Positions 51,118-60,679 of a DNA stretch of 64,000 nucleotides are shown here, piece by piece (position 1 is the stretch's first letter; each line of letters begins with the position of its first letter). Below the pieces are notes generated by a model, which saw nothing but the letters and a program-made list of their open reading frames with translations, was not told the origin of the DNA and made no database searches. The stretch is from an uncultured bacterium (GTDB lineage: Bacteria > Fidelibacterota > Marinisomatia > SCGC-AAA003-L08 > GCA-002704045). Position numbers and translations under genes: made by a program. Location: assembly GCA_964345035.1 (NCBI GenBank), contig CAYFPO010000003.1:6800-70799 (forward strand), given 5' to 3'.

Positions 51118-54100
51118 ATGTGTATGATATCAAAAGGTAAAAAGTGGTATAAATATTCCCTGTTATTAATTTCAGGATTAATTCTAACTGCTGTTATTAT
51201 TTTTTTGTTAAAACCTGAGATATTCATTTCAGATATTGAATCTTATATTGCTAAATATTTATCTAAAGATAAAAATACCTCTGTTGAAATAGATTCAATT
51301 GAAGGGAATTTCTTTACGGGTTTCAGAATAGAGGATTTTGATTACTATAAAGATAATATTACAATTTCATCCTTCGAAAAAATAGAAATTAACCTGAAAT
51401 TATTAAATCTGCTTTTTGGACAAATTTATTTTAAAGATCTGATTTTTAATGAAGGAATTCTCAACATATCTGAGCACAATAATTTTACTCAGAATATTCA
51501 TTTCCCAAGGTTCAAAATTAATAATTTTCATTTGAATAATGTTATGATAAAGACTCAAAAGCAATCTTATTTTGTTAACGGGGAATTTTTGGTTACATCA
51601 AAACATCAAAGTTTATTAATGGAAATAGTAAATTATTCGCTGTTAACCGATGATACTTATTTTGATAGTTTAAGTGGGAATAGTGGTAAAATAAACTATA
51701 ATGGGGAAGAAATAAATTTTGAGAATATTCAATTTTATTCTACCGAATATTCCGGAGAATTAACCGGTAAAATCAAAACAAACAATAAACTTATTTTTGA
51801 TTTAAATTGCGGTTTACAAGAATTCAATTTTGAAAGCATTAATAAAAATTTAAATATTGCCACCCAGGATTTAATGCTAAATTTAACTGGACAAATTAAT
51901 AATATGGATTTTAATATTGTTGGAAATCTCTTATTGGATAATGATAGAAAATATAATTTACTTGCAGTCGGAAACTATACACCGGATTTGATTACAGCTG
52001 AAGCAGACATTTTAGAAGAGGATGAATTAAATATCCAAATTTCAGGAAATTGGAATTCAAAATCGGAAAATTGGTATTTAACATCAAAATGTTTAGGGTT
52101 TGCTTTACCAAAATCAATTAATCAAAACTGCAAATTAACCGGTGTTATTGATTCTTACGGGCATGCATTTGAATCGCTACATTCAACATTTAATATGGTA
52201 ATAAAAGATTCTGAAAAAAAGTGGGACTTTAGCAAGATAAATGGTAAACTTTATTATCAAAACCTAAAATTAACTTCTCTCGGTCTGATTGAGATTGAAA
52301 AAGACAGTTTAAAATTAAATATTGAAAATCTGTCCTATACCAAAGACACTTTAACTTTCAATTCAAATATTGAATTCACAGATTTTCCTTTTCCGGAAAA
52401 TACATTTATTAATGTACTCCCGGGAAAACTAAGCGGATCATCCCAGTTTAATTATAAAAAAATTAAAGACAAAAATCATATTGATGGGAATGCATCTTTT
52501 AAATCAATTTCAAATAATAATTATAATATTAAAAATACTCACGCTGAATTTGAAATTGATTTATTAAATGATCAAGTATACTCCGGAATAATTAAGGGAT
52601 ATCTGAATAATTTAGAATCTAAAATATACAATTTCGATAAAATTGATTATTTTTTAAATTTCTCCCAAAATTCTATTAATTTTGAATATGTAACCGCTTT
52701 TAATTCTGCCAGTGATACTGTATTAATTAAAAAGTTGGAGTATAAACCTGATATTGATTTATCTGTTAGTGATTTTAAATCAAATTTAATGGGTTCTAAA
52801 ATTGAGTTCAATAATTTATTTATTTACAAAATGGATGACTATTACAATCTAGATTCAACATTAATATATTTTGATGATGGACAATTTGCTGTATCTGGGA
52901 AATATTCTGAAAATGGAAAATATGATATTTGGTGTGATTTACAAAATATTGAATTAAAAAAGATTAATCAACTTTTTAATTTTAATCAAAGATTAACTGG
53001 AAATAGCAATGGATCAATCCATATTACAAATACATCAAAATATCCTATTTTACTATCTAATATCTATATTAAAGATGGATTTATTGATGAAACAAAATTT
53101 AAAGAATGTAAAGGCAAAATTTCATTTAGACAAAATAGATTAATATTATCTGATTTTATTTTAAATACCGATGTTGGAAATATTCAAGCAGACGGGTGGA
53201 TGACTGTAAACGGCAGTTTAAAGGAACGGGAAGTTTTTGTTCAAGAAGATTCATTAGACATTTCTGTTGAATTTACAAACTTTAATTTTTCTTCATTAAA
53301 TAGATATTTACCCTGGAGTTTAGAAAGTGGTGGCGAAATTAGTGGAAGTGGTAAAATCAACGGAAAAGCTAGTGATCTGGAAATTAATTTAACAACCGAA
53401 ATTAGAAATCCATATTTTGATAAAATAAGTGGAAAATATCTTAAAGGAAGTTTAATCTATAAGGACTCTAATTTATATATAAGTGGTATGCAATTAATCA
53501 CCGAAAATGGAAAATATACTGCTACGGGTAGTTTGCCATTAATTTGGAGTCTTGTTGAAATGCCTCAGGTTGATATCAGTAATTTACCATTAAATATGAT
53601 GATAACTGGTAAGTTTAATGAATTTGAGCTACTAACTCCTTATCTGACGAATGTTGATTCTTTAATTGGAGACTTTTCTTTACAGTTGTCTTTAGATGGA
53701 ACATACGAACATCCCATAAGAAGTGGACAAATTGTTGTTATAGACGGAAAAATGAACATTTTGCAATTATCTAACCCAATTGAAAAAATATCCGGTGTTG
53801 GCATTTTAACTAATAACAGAATGATTTTAACAAATGTATCGGCTACAACATCTGGTGCAATGAGAGACGTATCAATGTTTGATAAAATACAATCCTATTT
53901 TAATACATTAATTAATAGAGAGGTAAAATCAGATGAAGGAGAGATATTATCAGTAGATGGTGTAATAGATTTTACTGAATTTTTCAAACCTGACTATACT
54001 ATACTCATCAAAGGCGAAAATGTATTCTTAAAAGATAATTATGATAATTTCGAGGGATACGGAGATGTTGATTTAACAGTAACAGGGAAGGATACTGTTG

Positions 54101-54930
54101 TAATTACAGGAAAATATATTCCAAAGTCAAATCAATTTACAATTATTTCTGAATTTGATAATTCTGGAAAAATAAAATTAAAAGATATTCAATCACATCC
54201 ATTTTATAAATATGATATTCAAATTCCCTTAAATAATGGAATTCAAATAATAAATTCACAAATGGATATATTTATGGATGGTTTTATTAATATTTCTGCA
54301 TTTGGTAACGAAGATTTCAGATATTCAGGAGAGCTGAATTTAGTTGATGGTTCCTTCTATTACAATGGTAACGAATTTACAAATATCGAAGGATCCATTG
54401 TTTTAGATCCAACGCAGTTTAATCCGGAAATTGATCTATTTACAACAACCAATATTGCAGGTGAAGATATTGATGTATCCATGAGTGGATCTTATAGAAA
54501 CCCAATTCTAGTTCTTGAATCCGTTAATGATTACTCACAGAGTGATATTATAGAATTATTATTATTTAGAGACAATACTTCATCAAATGTTAATTCTGGT
54601 AGTAATCCCCCAATTGAAAGTTTTATTTCAAATTATTTTGAGAACGAATTAGAAAGGAATATTTCGAGATATACTTTTTTAAACAAATTTCAATTAAATT
54701 CTTCCGGTTCTCTTTTAACTGGTTTTGAGGATAAAAATATTGATTTATATGTCGGTGCTAACATCTCTCCTAAAGTATATATGAATTTTAAACGAGGTAT
54801 ATTTACAACCAACAATACTTTCGAATATGAAGTTGGTTATCGAATGAATAAAAATATGTCTTTAGTGGCTAAAATAGATGAAGAAAATTTAATTCATTTA
54901 AACTATAGAATACGGTATCATTATAAATGA
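51118..54930 (+). CDS. TamB-like translocation and assembly module protein (AsmA/DUF490 family)
   Basis: 1270 aa with a single N-terminal TM anchor and a long beta-rich, Asn-rich body. The C-terminal region is DUF490-like. The stop overlaps the start of an Omp85-family gene. Confidence 0.6.
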   Translation: MCMISKGKKWYKYSLLLISGLILTAVIIFLLKPEIFISDIESYIAKYLSKDKNTSVEIDSIEGNFFTGFRIEDFDYYKDNITISSFEKIEINLKLLNLLFGQIYFKDLIFNEGILNISEHNNFTQNIHFPRFKINNFHLNNVMIKTQKQSYFVNGEFLVTSKHQSLLMEIVNYSLLTDDTYFDSLSGNSGKINYNGEEINFENIQFYSTEYSGELTGKIKTNNKLIFDLNCGLQEFNFESINKNLNIATQDLMLNLTGQINNMDFNIVGNLLLDNDRKYNLLAVGNYTPDLITAEADILEEDELNIQISGNWNSKSENWYLTSKCLGFALPKSINQNCKLTGVIDSYGHAFESLHSTFNMVIKDSEKKWDFSKINGKLYYQNLKLTSLGLIEIEKDSLKLNIENLSYTKDTLTFNSNIEFTDFPFPENTFINVLPGKLSGSSQFNYKKIKDKNHIDGNASFKSISNNNYNIKNTHAEFEIDLLNDQVYSGIIKGYLNNLESKIYNFDKIDYFLNFSQNSINFEYVTAFNSASDTVLIKKLEYKPDIDLSVSDFKSNLMGSKIEFNNLFIYKMDDYYNLDSTLIYFDDGQFAVSGKYSENGKYDIWCDLQNIELKKINQLFNFNQRLTGNSNGSIHITNTSKYPILLSNIYIKDGFIDETKFKECKGKISFRQNRLILSDFILNTDVGNIQADGWMTVNGSLKEREVFVQEDSLDISVEFTNFNFSSLNRYLPWSLESGGEISGSGKINGKASDLEINLTTEIRNPYFDKISGKYLKGSLIYKDSNLYISGMQLITENGKYTATGSLPLIWSLVEMPQVDISNLPLNMMITGKFNEFELLTPYLTNVDSLIGDFSLQLSLDGTYEHPIRSGQIVVIDGKMNILQLSNPIEKISGVGILTNNRMILTNVSATTSGAMRDVSMFDKIQSYFNTLINREVKSDEGEILSVDGVIDFTEFFKPDYTILIKGENVFLKDNYDNFEGYGDVDLTVTGKDTVVITGKYIPKSNQFTIISEFDNSGKIKLKDIQSHPFYKYDIQIPLNNGIQIINSQMDIFMDGFINISAFGNEDFRYSGELNLVDGSFYYNGNEFTNIEGSIVLDPTQFNPEIDLFTTTNIAGEDIDVSMSGSYRNPILVLESVNDYSQSDIIELLLFRDNTSSNVNSGSNPPIESFISNYFENELERNISRYTFLNKFQLNSSGSLLTGFEDKNIDLYVGANISPKVYMNFKRGIFTTNNTFEYEVGYRMNKNMSLVAKIDEENLIHLNYRIRYHYK

Positions 54931-56687
54931 GAACTGTTCAGCAATATATATTCATAATTCTACTGTTAATATCGGGGGTATCGGGCAAAACAAAATATAT
55001 TAAATCTGTTAATTTTGAAGGGAACGAATCAATCACATCAACAGAATTAACAAAATTAATTTACAGTAAACCTGCCATTTTTTTGTCAAGAAAAGAATTC
55101 AATAACCGTAAAATGCACCTCGACCAATTAACTTTAAAAAACTATTATTATTCTCAAGGTTATCTACAAGCCGAAATTGAATATTCCTCACATCATTTAG
55201 ACAACAAATGGGTGAGTGTCAATTTTTCTATTCATGAGGGTACACAATATATTATTCATAAAGTAAACTTGTTTGGGAATAAACTAATAGCCGATAATGA
55301 TATACTTGCATTAGTAGAATTAATCCCTGGTGAAGTATTTAATCCGCTACAATTAAGAAATAATCTATCTGAATTAAAGGATATTTATTTAAATCAGGGT
55401 AAAGCACTGATAAACATTGTAGATGAAATCCAGGAGGAAGATAATTTAATTTCTATCAGAATTAATATTTCTGAAGGAGATACTTACACTATCGGAGAAA
55501 TTAAAGTTACCGGTATCGAAGATTCAATGAAAAGATTCGTTTTCAGGGAATTGGAATTTGAGAGTGGCAATAAATACAATCATGATAAAATTAGAGAGAC
55601 ACAAAAGAAAATATTTTCTTCTGGAATTTTCAGCTCTGTAGAGATTACCCCATCAATCTTATATACTGATAAAAAAGTTAATTTAGATATACAGGTTAGA
55701 GAAATGGACTCAGGAAATATTATCGGTGAATTAGGATTTGGTCAAGCACCCTCAGCTTTGGGAGAGGGAGCATCTCCGATAACTATTTTCCAGGGTGGTG
55801 GTAAATGGCAGTTTACTAATTTCTTAAATTCCGGGAATAAAATAGGATTTAATACAAATTTAGGGATTAGACTTGATGAAAGCATTTCCATATCTTCAAA
55901 AAAGATAGAAATTTCATCTTTCTCTCCCTGGATATTTAAATTCAGACTACCATTAAATTTAAAATATTATCTTGAGGAATCTACTGAAGAAGGATTTTTA
56001 AGAAAGCAGGGAATACGTACATCATTTTTATATAAATCCGGGGAAAAATATCGATTGAATGGGAGTATGGATATTGAGTGGAATCAATCCGCTGGTGATG
56101 CACCATTGGACCAGGAAAGAAGTCTTAATTTGTTATATATTTATCACAATACTGACAATTTCATTTCACCATCTATCGGAAATTATTTTTCTGTATCATC
56201 AATCTTAAAAGGTACCCTATTAGGAGGATCAAGGCATTATATCAAATTTGAAAGTGAATATAGAAAATATTTTCCATTATTTTCCAGAATTGTATTAGGT
56301 GGAAGGTTTCACACAGGATTTATTAAATTAATTTCTTTCAGGAACCAAGCTGAACAATTACCCGTATATGACAGGCTATACCTTGGAGGGAGTTCATCCT
56401 TAAGAGGTTGGAATGAAGATGAATTATTGCAAGATGGCGGAAAATTAAAGTATTTAATGAATCTCGAATTACGTTTTCCATTGTTCTGGAAGATTGGCAT
56501 GGAACTATTTTTTGATTCAGGAAAATTATTAAAAGATGAATATGATATTTCAAACCCAGCCTGGGATTGGAATATTGGTTATGGATTTACATTTACCACA
56601 CCACTTGGACCTATGCGAATTGATGTAGCTTATCAATATGGTACTGGTAAGCCAGTTATCTCAAATGCATTGTTATATATTTTCTAA
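54927..56687 (+). CDS. Omp85-family outer membrane protein (BamA/TamA-like, POTRA repeats plus a surface-antigen barrel)
   Basis: Signal peptide, POTRA-like repeats (I..V.FEGN, V.LFGN, I.V.G), the barrel motif YLGGSSSLRGW and a C-terminal ...LLYIF. Confidence 0.8.
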   Translation: MRTVQQYIFIILLLISGVSGKTKYIKSVNFEGNESITSTELTKLIYSKPAIFLSRKEFNNRKMHLDQLTLKNYYYSQGYLQAEIEYSSHHLDNKWVSVNFSIHEGTQYIIHKVNLFGNKLIADNDILALVELIPGEVFNPLQLRNNLSELKDIYLNQGKALINIVDEIQEEDNLISIRINISEGDTYTIGEIKVTGIEDSMKRFVFRELEFESGNKYNHDKIRETQKKIFSSGIFSSVEITPSILYTDKKVNLDIQVREMDSGNIIGELGFGQAPSALGEGASPITIFQGGGKWQFTNFLNSGNKIGFNTNLGIRLDESISISSKKIEISSFSPWIFKFRLPLNLKYYLEESTEEGFLRKQGIRTSFLYKSGEKYRLNGSMDIEWNQSAGDAPLDQERSLNLLYIYHNTDNFISPSIGNYFSVSSILKGTLLGGSRHYIKFESEYRKYFPLFSRIVLGGRFHTGFIKLISFRNQAEQLPVYDRLYLGGSSSLRGWNEDELLQDGGKLKYLMNLELRFPLFWKIGMELFFDSGKLLKDEYDISNPAWDWNIGYGFTFTTPLGPMRIDVAYQYGTGKPVISNALLYIF

Positions 56688-56792
56688 CATATTTTTAAAT
56701 CCGTAATATATCATAATAGAATTTTAATAAAATATCTATTTCCAATCAAACTATTTAACTAAATCAATTAATAAATATAACCGGAGGTATAA

Positions 56793-57290
56793 ATGAAATA
56801 TACATTAATATTAATTTTTGTATTTATTTGTGTGAACTGCAGCCCAAATACAGAAATTGAAGAATATAAAAAATTAGCAATTCAATACAGAGATGAAAAA
56901 GATCTTGGAAAAGCAATTATTGAATTGAGGAATATTGTAAAAAAATATCCAGATAAAGAAGAAGCAGCCGAAGCACAATTCAAAATTGGTGAAATATACT
57001 TAAACGATGTTAAAGACTACCAATTTGCCGTGGATGAATTTCAGAAAGTAATTGATTTATTTCCTAATATGAAAGTTACACCTAAGGCTGCATTCATGAT
57101 AGGATACATCTATGCGAATAATCTGGAAGCATATTCTTACGCACTTAATCATTATAGAGATTTTTTAACAAATTATCCAAATCATGAATTGACACCTTCG
57201 GTGGAATTTGAACTTAATGGACTATTAAAATTTGAAACAGTAATAGATTCTTTAAATGACATTGCTATAAAAAAGAAGGAAATATTGTAA
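56793..57290 (+). CDS. Secreted TPR-repeat protein (YbgF/BamD-like fold)
   Basis: Signal peptide followed by repeated A..A.F.IG.IY...Y..A...F..VI..YPN-type TPR units. Confidence 0.55.
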   Translation: MKYTLILIFVFICVNCSPNTEIEEYKKLAIQYRDEKDLGKAIIELRNIVKKYPDKEEAAEAQFKIGEIYLNDVKDYQFAVDEFQKVIDLFPNMKVTPKAAFMIGYIYANNLEAYSYALNHYRDFLTNYPNHELTPSVEFELNGLLKFETVIDSLNDIAIKKKEIL

Positions 57291-57291
57291 T

Positions 57292-58287
57292 ATGAATAAT
57301 TATGATTTAGAAACTATCAATAATAAAATTATTGAAGAGTCTGGTTTTATTTCAAACCTCAAATCAAGTTTAAATACTATAATTGTAGGTCAAGATAATC
57401 TGATTGAAAAATTAATTTTAGCAATTTTATCTGATGGGCATATTTTTCTTGAGGGTGTACCGGGTTTAGCCAAAACTCTAACGGTTAAATCTTTGGCAGC
57501 ATTGATAGACACTGGATTTCAACGAATTCAGTTTACACCGGACCTTCTGCCTGCTGATATTCTAGGTACATTAATTTATAACCCAAAGGATTCAAATTTT
57601 GAAATTAAAAAAGGTCCAATTTTTTCAAATATCATTTTAGCAGATGAAATAAATAGATCTCCCGCAAAAGTTCAAAGCGCTTTATTGGAAGCAATGCAAG
57701 AAAGGCAAGTTACTATAGGTGACACTACTTATCCCTTAGAACAACCATTTTTAGTTATGGCTACACAAAATCCAATTGAACAAGAAGGAACATATCCATT
57801 ACCTGAAGCTCAAATAGACCGTTTTATGTTTAAGGTATTGGTAGATTATCCAAATGAAAATGAAGAACTAAAAATACTTCAGAATATTGCATTAGTCGGT
57901 AATAATTCCAACATTAAACCGGTAGTGACCGTTAAACAAATTTTAAATGCAAGAAAGCTATTAAACGATATCCATATTGCTGAAAACCTTCAAAAATATA
58001 TCGTATCTTTAATTATTGCTACTAGAAATCCCAAGCAATTTAATATTGATGATGTTAAAGATTTAATTAGTTTTGGTGCATCACCAAGAGCATCCATTTA
58101 TTTGACAATTGCAGCTAAAGCCAAAGCATTTATTGAAAATAGAGGGTATGTAATTCCGCAAGATATTAGAGATGTAGGTCAGGAGATTCTTCGACACAGA
58201 ATTATTCTTACTTACGAAGCAGAAGCGGAAGAGGTTACCAGTGATGATATTATTTCAAGAATTTATGAATCTGTTCCAACTCCTTGA
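57292..58287 (+). CDS. MoxR-family AAA+ ATPase
   Basis: GHIFLEGVPGLAKT, ILADEINRSPAKVQSALLEAMQE, VMATQNPIEQEGTYPLPEAQIDRF and GASPRA motifs. Confidence 0.9.
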   Translation: MNNYDLETINNKIIEESGFISNLKSSLNTIIVGQDNLIEKLILAILSDGHIFLEGVPGLAKTLTVKSLAALIDTGFQRIQFTPDLLPADILGTLIYNPKDSNFEIKKGPIFSNIILADEINRSPAKVQSALLEAMQERQVTIGDTTYPLEQPFLVMATQNPIEQEGTYPLPEAQIDRFMFKVLVDYPNENEELKILQNIALVGNNSNIKPVVTVKQILNARKLLNDIHIAENLQKYIVSLIIATRNPKQFNIDDVKDLISFGASPRASIYLTIAAKAKAFIENRGYVIPQDIRDVGQEILRHRIILTYEAEAEEVTSDDIISRIYESVPTP

Positions 58288-58308
58288 TCAGATAACATTC
58301 ATTGCCCC

Positions 58309-59184
58309 ATGCTCCCCAAAGAAATAATACAAAAAGTTAGATATATTGAGATCCAGACCAGGCATCTGGTGAATGATATATTCGGCGGTGAATATCATTC
58401 TGCATTCAAGGGAATGGGAATTGAATTTGCTGAAGTACGAGAATATATCCCAGGCGATGATATTCGTAATATTGATTGGAATGTTACCGCACGGTATGGG
58501 AAACCATTTATCAAAAAATATAATGAAGAACGTGAATTGACTGTCATGCTTGCAATTGATTTGAGTGCTTCAGGATTTTTTGGGACGGGAGACAGTCTTA
58601 AATCAGATACTATTATCGAAATTGCTTCAATACTGTGTTTTAGTGCCATCAGGAATAACGATAAAGTTGGGGTAGTGCTATTTTCAGATCATATTGAGAT
58701 GTTTATACCCCCAAATAAAGGTAAAACTTATGTATTAAGAGTAATTAGAGAATTACTATATTTTAAACCAGCAAAACAATCAACGGATATATCATTAGCA
58801 GTCGAATATTTATTGCATATTTTGAAGAGAAAAAGTGTTGTATTCTTAATTTCGGATTTTCTTGACTCCAAATTTGAAAAGCCATTAAAAGTAATCAATC
58901 AAAAGCACGATTTAATAACAATACAAATATTAGATGATTATGAATATCAAATTTCAAATTTAGGATTAATAAAACTCCAAGATAATGAAACAGGGGATAT
59001 CTATTGGGTTGATACTGCTTCCAAACAATTAATGGATAGCATGCGGGTTAACCTGAATACTCATATCAATAATTTCAGCGAATATTGCAAAAAAAATAAA
59101 ATAGATCTAATAACAATTAATAATCAATCCAGCTATATTGAACCGCTTATTGACTTTTTTAAAAAGAGGATCCAAAAACGTTGA
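58309..59184 (+). CDS. DUF58-domain protein (vWA-like partner of MoxR)
   Basis: GEYHSAFKGMGIEFAEVREYIPGDDIRNIDWNVTAR is the DUF58 signature. It is followed by a vWA-like region, MLAIDLSASG. Confidence 0.85.
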   Translation: MLPKEIIQKVRYIEIQTRHLVNDIFGGEYHSAFKGMGIEFAEVREYIPGDDIRNIDWNVTARYGKPFIKKYNEERELTVMLAIDLSASGFFGTGDSLKSDTIIEIASILCFSAIRNNDKVGVVLFSDHIEMFIPPNKGKTYVLRVIRELLYFKPAKQSTDISLAVEYLLHILKRKSVVFLISDFLDSKFEKPLKVINQKHDLITIQILDDYEYQISNLGLIKLQDNETGDIYWVDTASKQLMDSMRVNLNTHINNFSEYCKKNKIDLITINNQSSYIEPLIDFFKKRIQKR

Positions 59185-60077
59185 AATCATTGATCATCGG
59201 AATCTCTCTTTTTGCAATTACAATTTGTCAGGGGAATTTAGTTACAACAATACATCCTGATAGCATTTTTGTTGGTATGCCTTGTTATTTAAAAATAACT
59301 GCTGAATTGGGAAGTACACAATACCCAAGATTCCCTGAGATTACATCCCAACAGGATAAAATGAAAGTAGAAAACATTGAATATTTCAATAACACAGTTA
59401 CATATACATTTACATTTTGGGAGGTTGGTGAAGCAATAATACCATCAATACCTGTTCAAATTATGGAAAATAACAATGAGTTTGAAATTATAGATACAGA
59501 TGAAATTAAAATTTCCATTTATTCCGGTTTGAATTCAACTTCAAATGATATAAGAGATATTAAACAAATGAGAAATATCAATTTTATCAAAGAAAATAAT
59601 TTAATAATTTTTTCTACACTCATTTTACTTTCCGTAATCGTATTAGTATATTTTTGGAAAAAACGAAGAATTCAAATTAATAAAGCAGACAAATGGATTC
59701 CCCCTCCGGAAAAACCTTATACGGCTGCAATTAACAGTATCAAGAGTTTAGATTATCCCCACCCTGTAAATTCAGAGAATGTTGAGAGATTTTATTTGGA
59801 ATTATCGAGTTTAATCAGAAAATATATCGGAGCAGAATTTTATTTCAAAGCAACAGAAATGACAACGAATGAAGTTTGTAATTATATAAATTCAAGGCAA
59901 TTATTTAATTTAGATATATTGCAAAATTTTCAATCAATTCTTGTAAAATCAGATTTATTCAAATATGCAGGGTTTATACCTGAAAATGGGGCGTTTAGTG
60001 AGGATTCACAAATTTGTATTAATCTTATAAAAGAAATTCATTCATCAAAAATTTCAACAACTAATAATAATCCATAA
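59181..60077 (+). CDS. Membrane protein with a BatD-like N-terminal region and a DUF4381-like C-terminal region
   Basis: Signal peptide, a central TM segment (IIFSTLILLSVIVLVYFW) and a C-terminal segment FYLELSSLIRKYIG...ATEMTTNEV...SDLFKYAG that resembles DUF4381. It occupies the position after DUF58, as in Bat operons. The assignment is tentative. Confidence 0.4.
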   Translation: MKSLIIGISLFAITICQGNLVTTIHPDSIFVGMPCYLKITAELGSTQYPRFPEITSQQDKMKVENIEYFNNTVTYTFTFWEVGEAIIPSIPVQIMENNNEFEIIDTDEIKISIYSGLNSTSNDIRDIKQMRNINFIKENNLIIFSTLILLSVIVLVYFWKKRRIQINKADKWIPPPEKPYTAAINSIKSLDYPHPVNSENVERFYLELSSLIRKYIGAEFYFKATEMTTNEVCNYINSRQLFNLDILQNFQSILVKSDLFKYAGFIPENGAFSEDSQICINLIKEIHSSKISTTNNNP

Positions 60078-60082
60078 TAAAA

Positions 60083-60625
60083 GTGAAATTAATTCTATTT
60101 ATAATAATATTAACCTTCCAATTATTTGGTGGAAAACTTAATAATGATGAGCAATTATATAGCGTAGGATTGTCGCCTGGAATAATGATGCCTGGCCAGG
60201 AATATGTTAATTCATTCAGTTTAGGTGGTCAATTAGTATACGGAATTAGTGAGAAATATAATATAAAATCTTTATATAGATTTAGTACTCCGGAAGCTGA
60301 ATTAAATCCAAATAATCATACACCTACCCAATTTTTATTTTTTACATTGCAGAATACAAAATCAGTTAAGGATGAAATAAAAATTTCAACAGGATTTGGA
60401 ATCGGCATCATGAAGATTGAAAACAACATTAATCCTGGATTTTTATTTGATGTTACATTTACCAAACCAATTAATAATAATTTCGATTTTGGAGGTAGTA
60501 TAGAAAATTATATGGGAAAACTACAGTTGCCGTTTATAACATTTCCCAACTTTTCGATATATGCACATGGTAGCGGCGATCAATATCTATTATTCAATTT
60601 ATTTCTGAATTACAGGTTCAAATAA
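60083..60625 (+). CDS. Small hypothetical secreted protein, possibly an 8-10-stranded outer-membrane beta-barrel
   Basis: Signal peptide, alternating hydrophobic pattern and an aromatic-rich C-terminus (LFLNYRFK). I recognise no family motif. Confidence 0.3.
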   Translation: MKLILFIIILTFQLFGGKLNNDEQLYSVGLSPGIMMPGQEYVNSFSLGGQLVYGISEKYNIKSLYRFSTPEAELNPNNHTPTQFLFFTLQNTKSVKDEIKISTGFGIGIMKIENNINPGFLFDVTFTKPINNNFDFGGSIENYMGKLQLPFITFPNFSIYAHGSGDQYLLFNLFLNYRFK

Positions 60626-60679
60626 TCATTAAATCAAATCTTTTGTAGTTTAATTAACCTGATTATCAAATTGTAATTG

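Noticed and set aside
51118-54930. Highly repetitive-looking Asn/Ile/Lys-rich sequence in the TamB-like gene, considered as a possible tandem repeat array or adhesin.
   Set aside because: I found no exact or near-exact nucleotide repeat units. The pattern is compositional (AT-rich codons in a beta-rich protein), and the architecture (N-terminal anchor, DUF490-like end, Omp85 neighbour) fits TamB.
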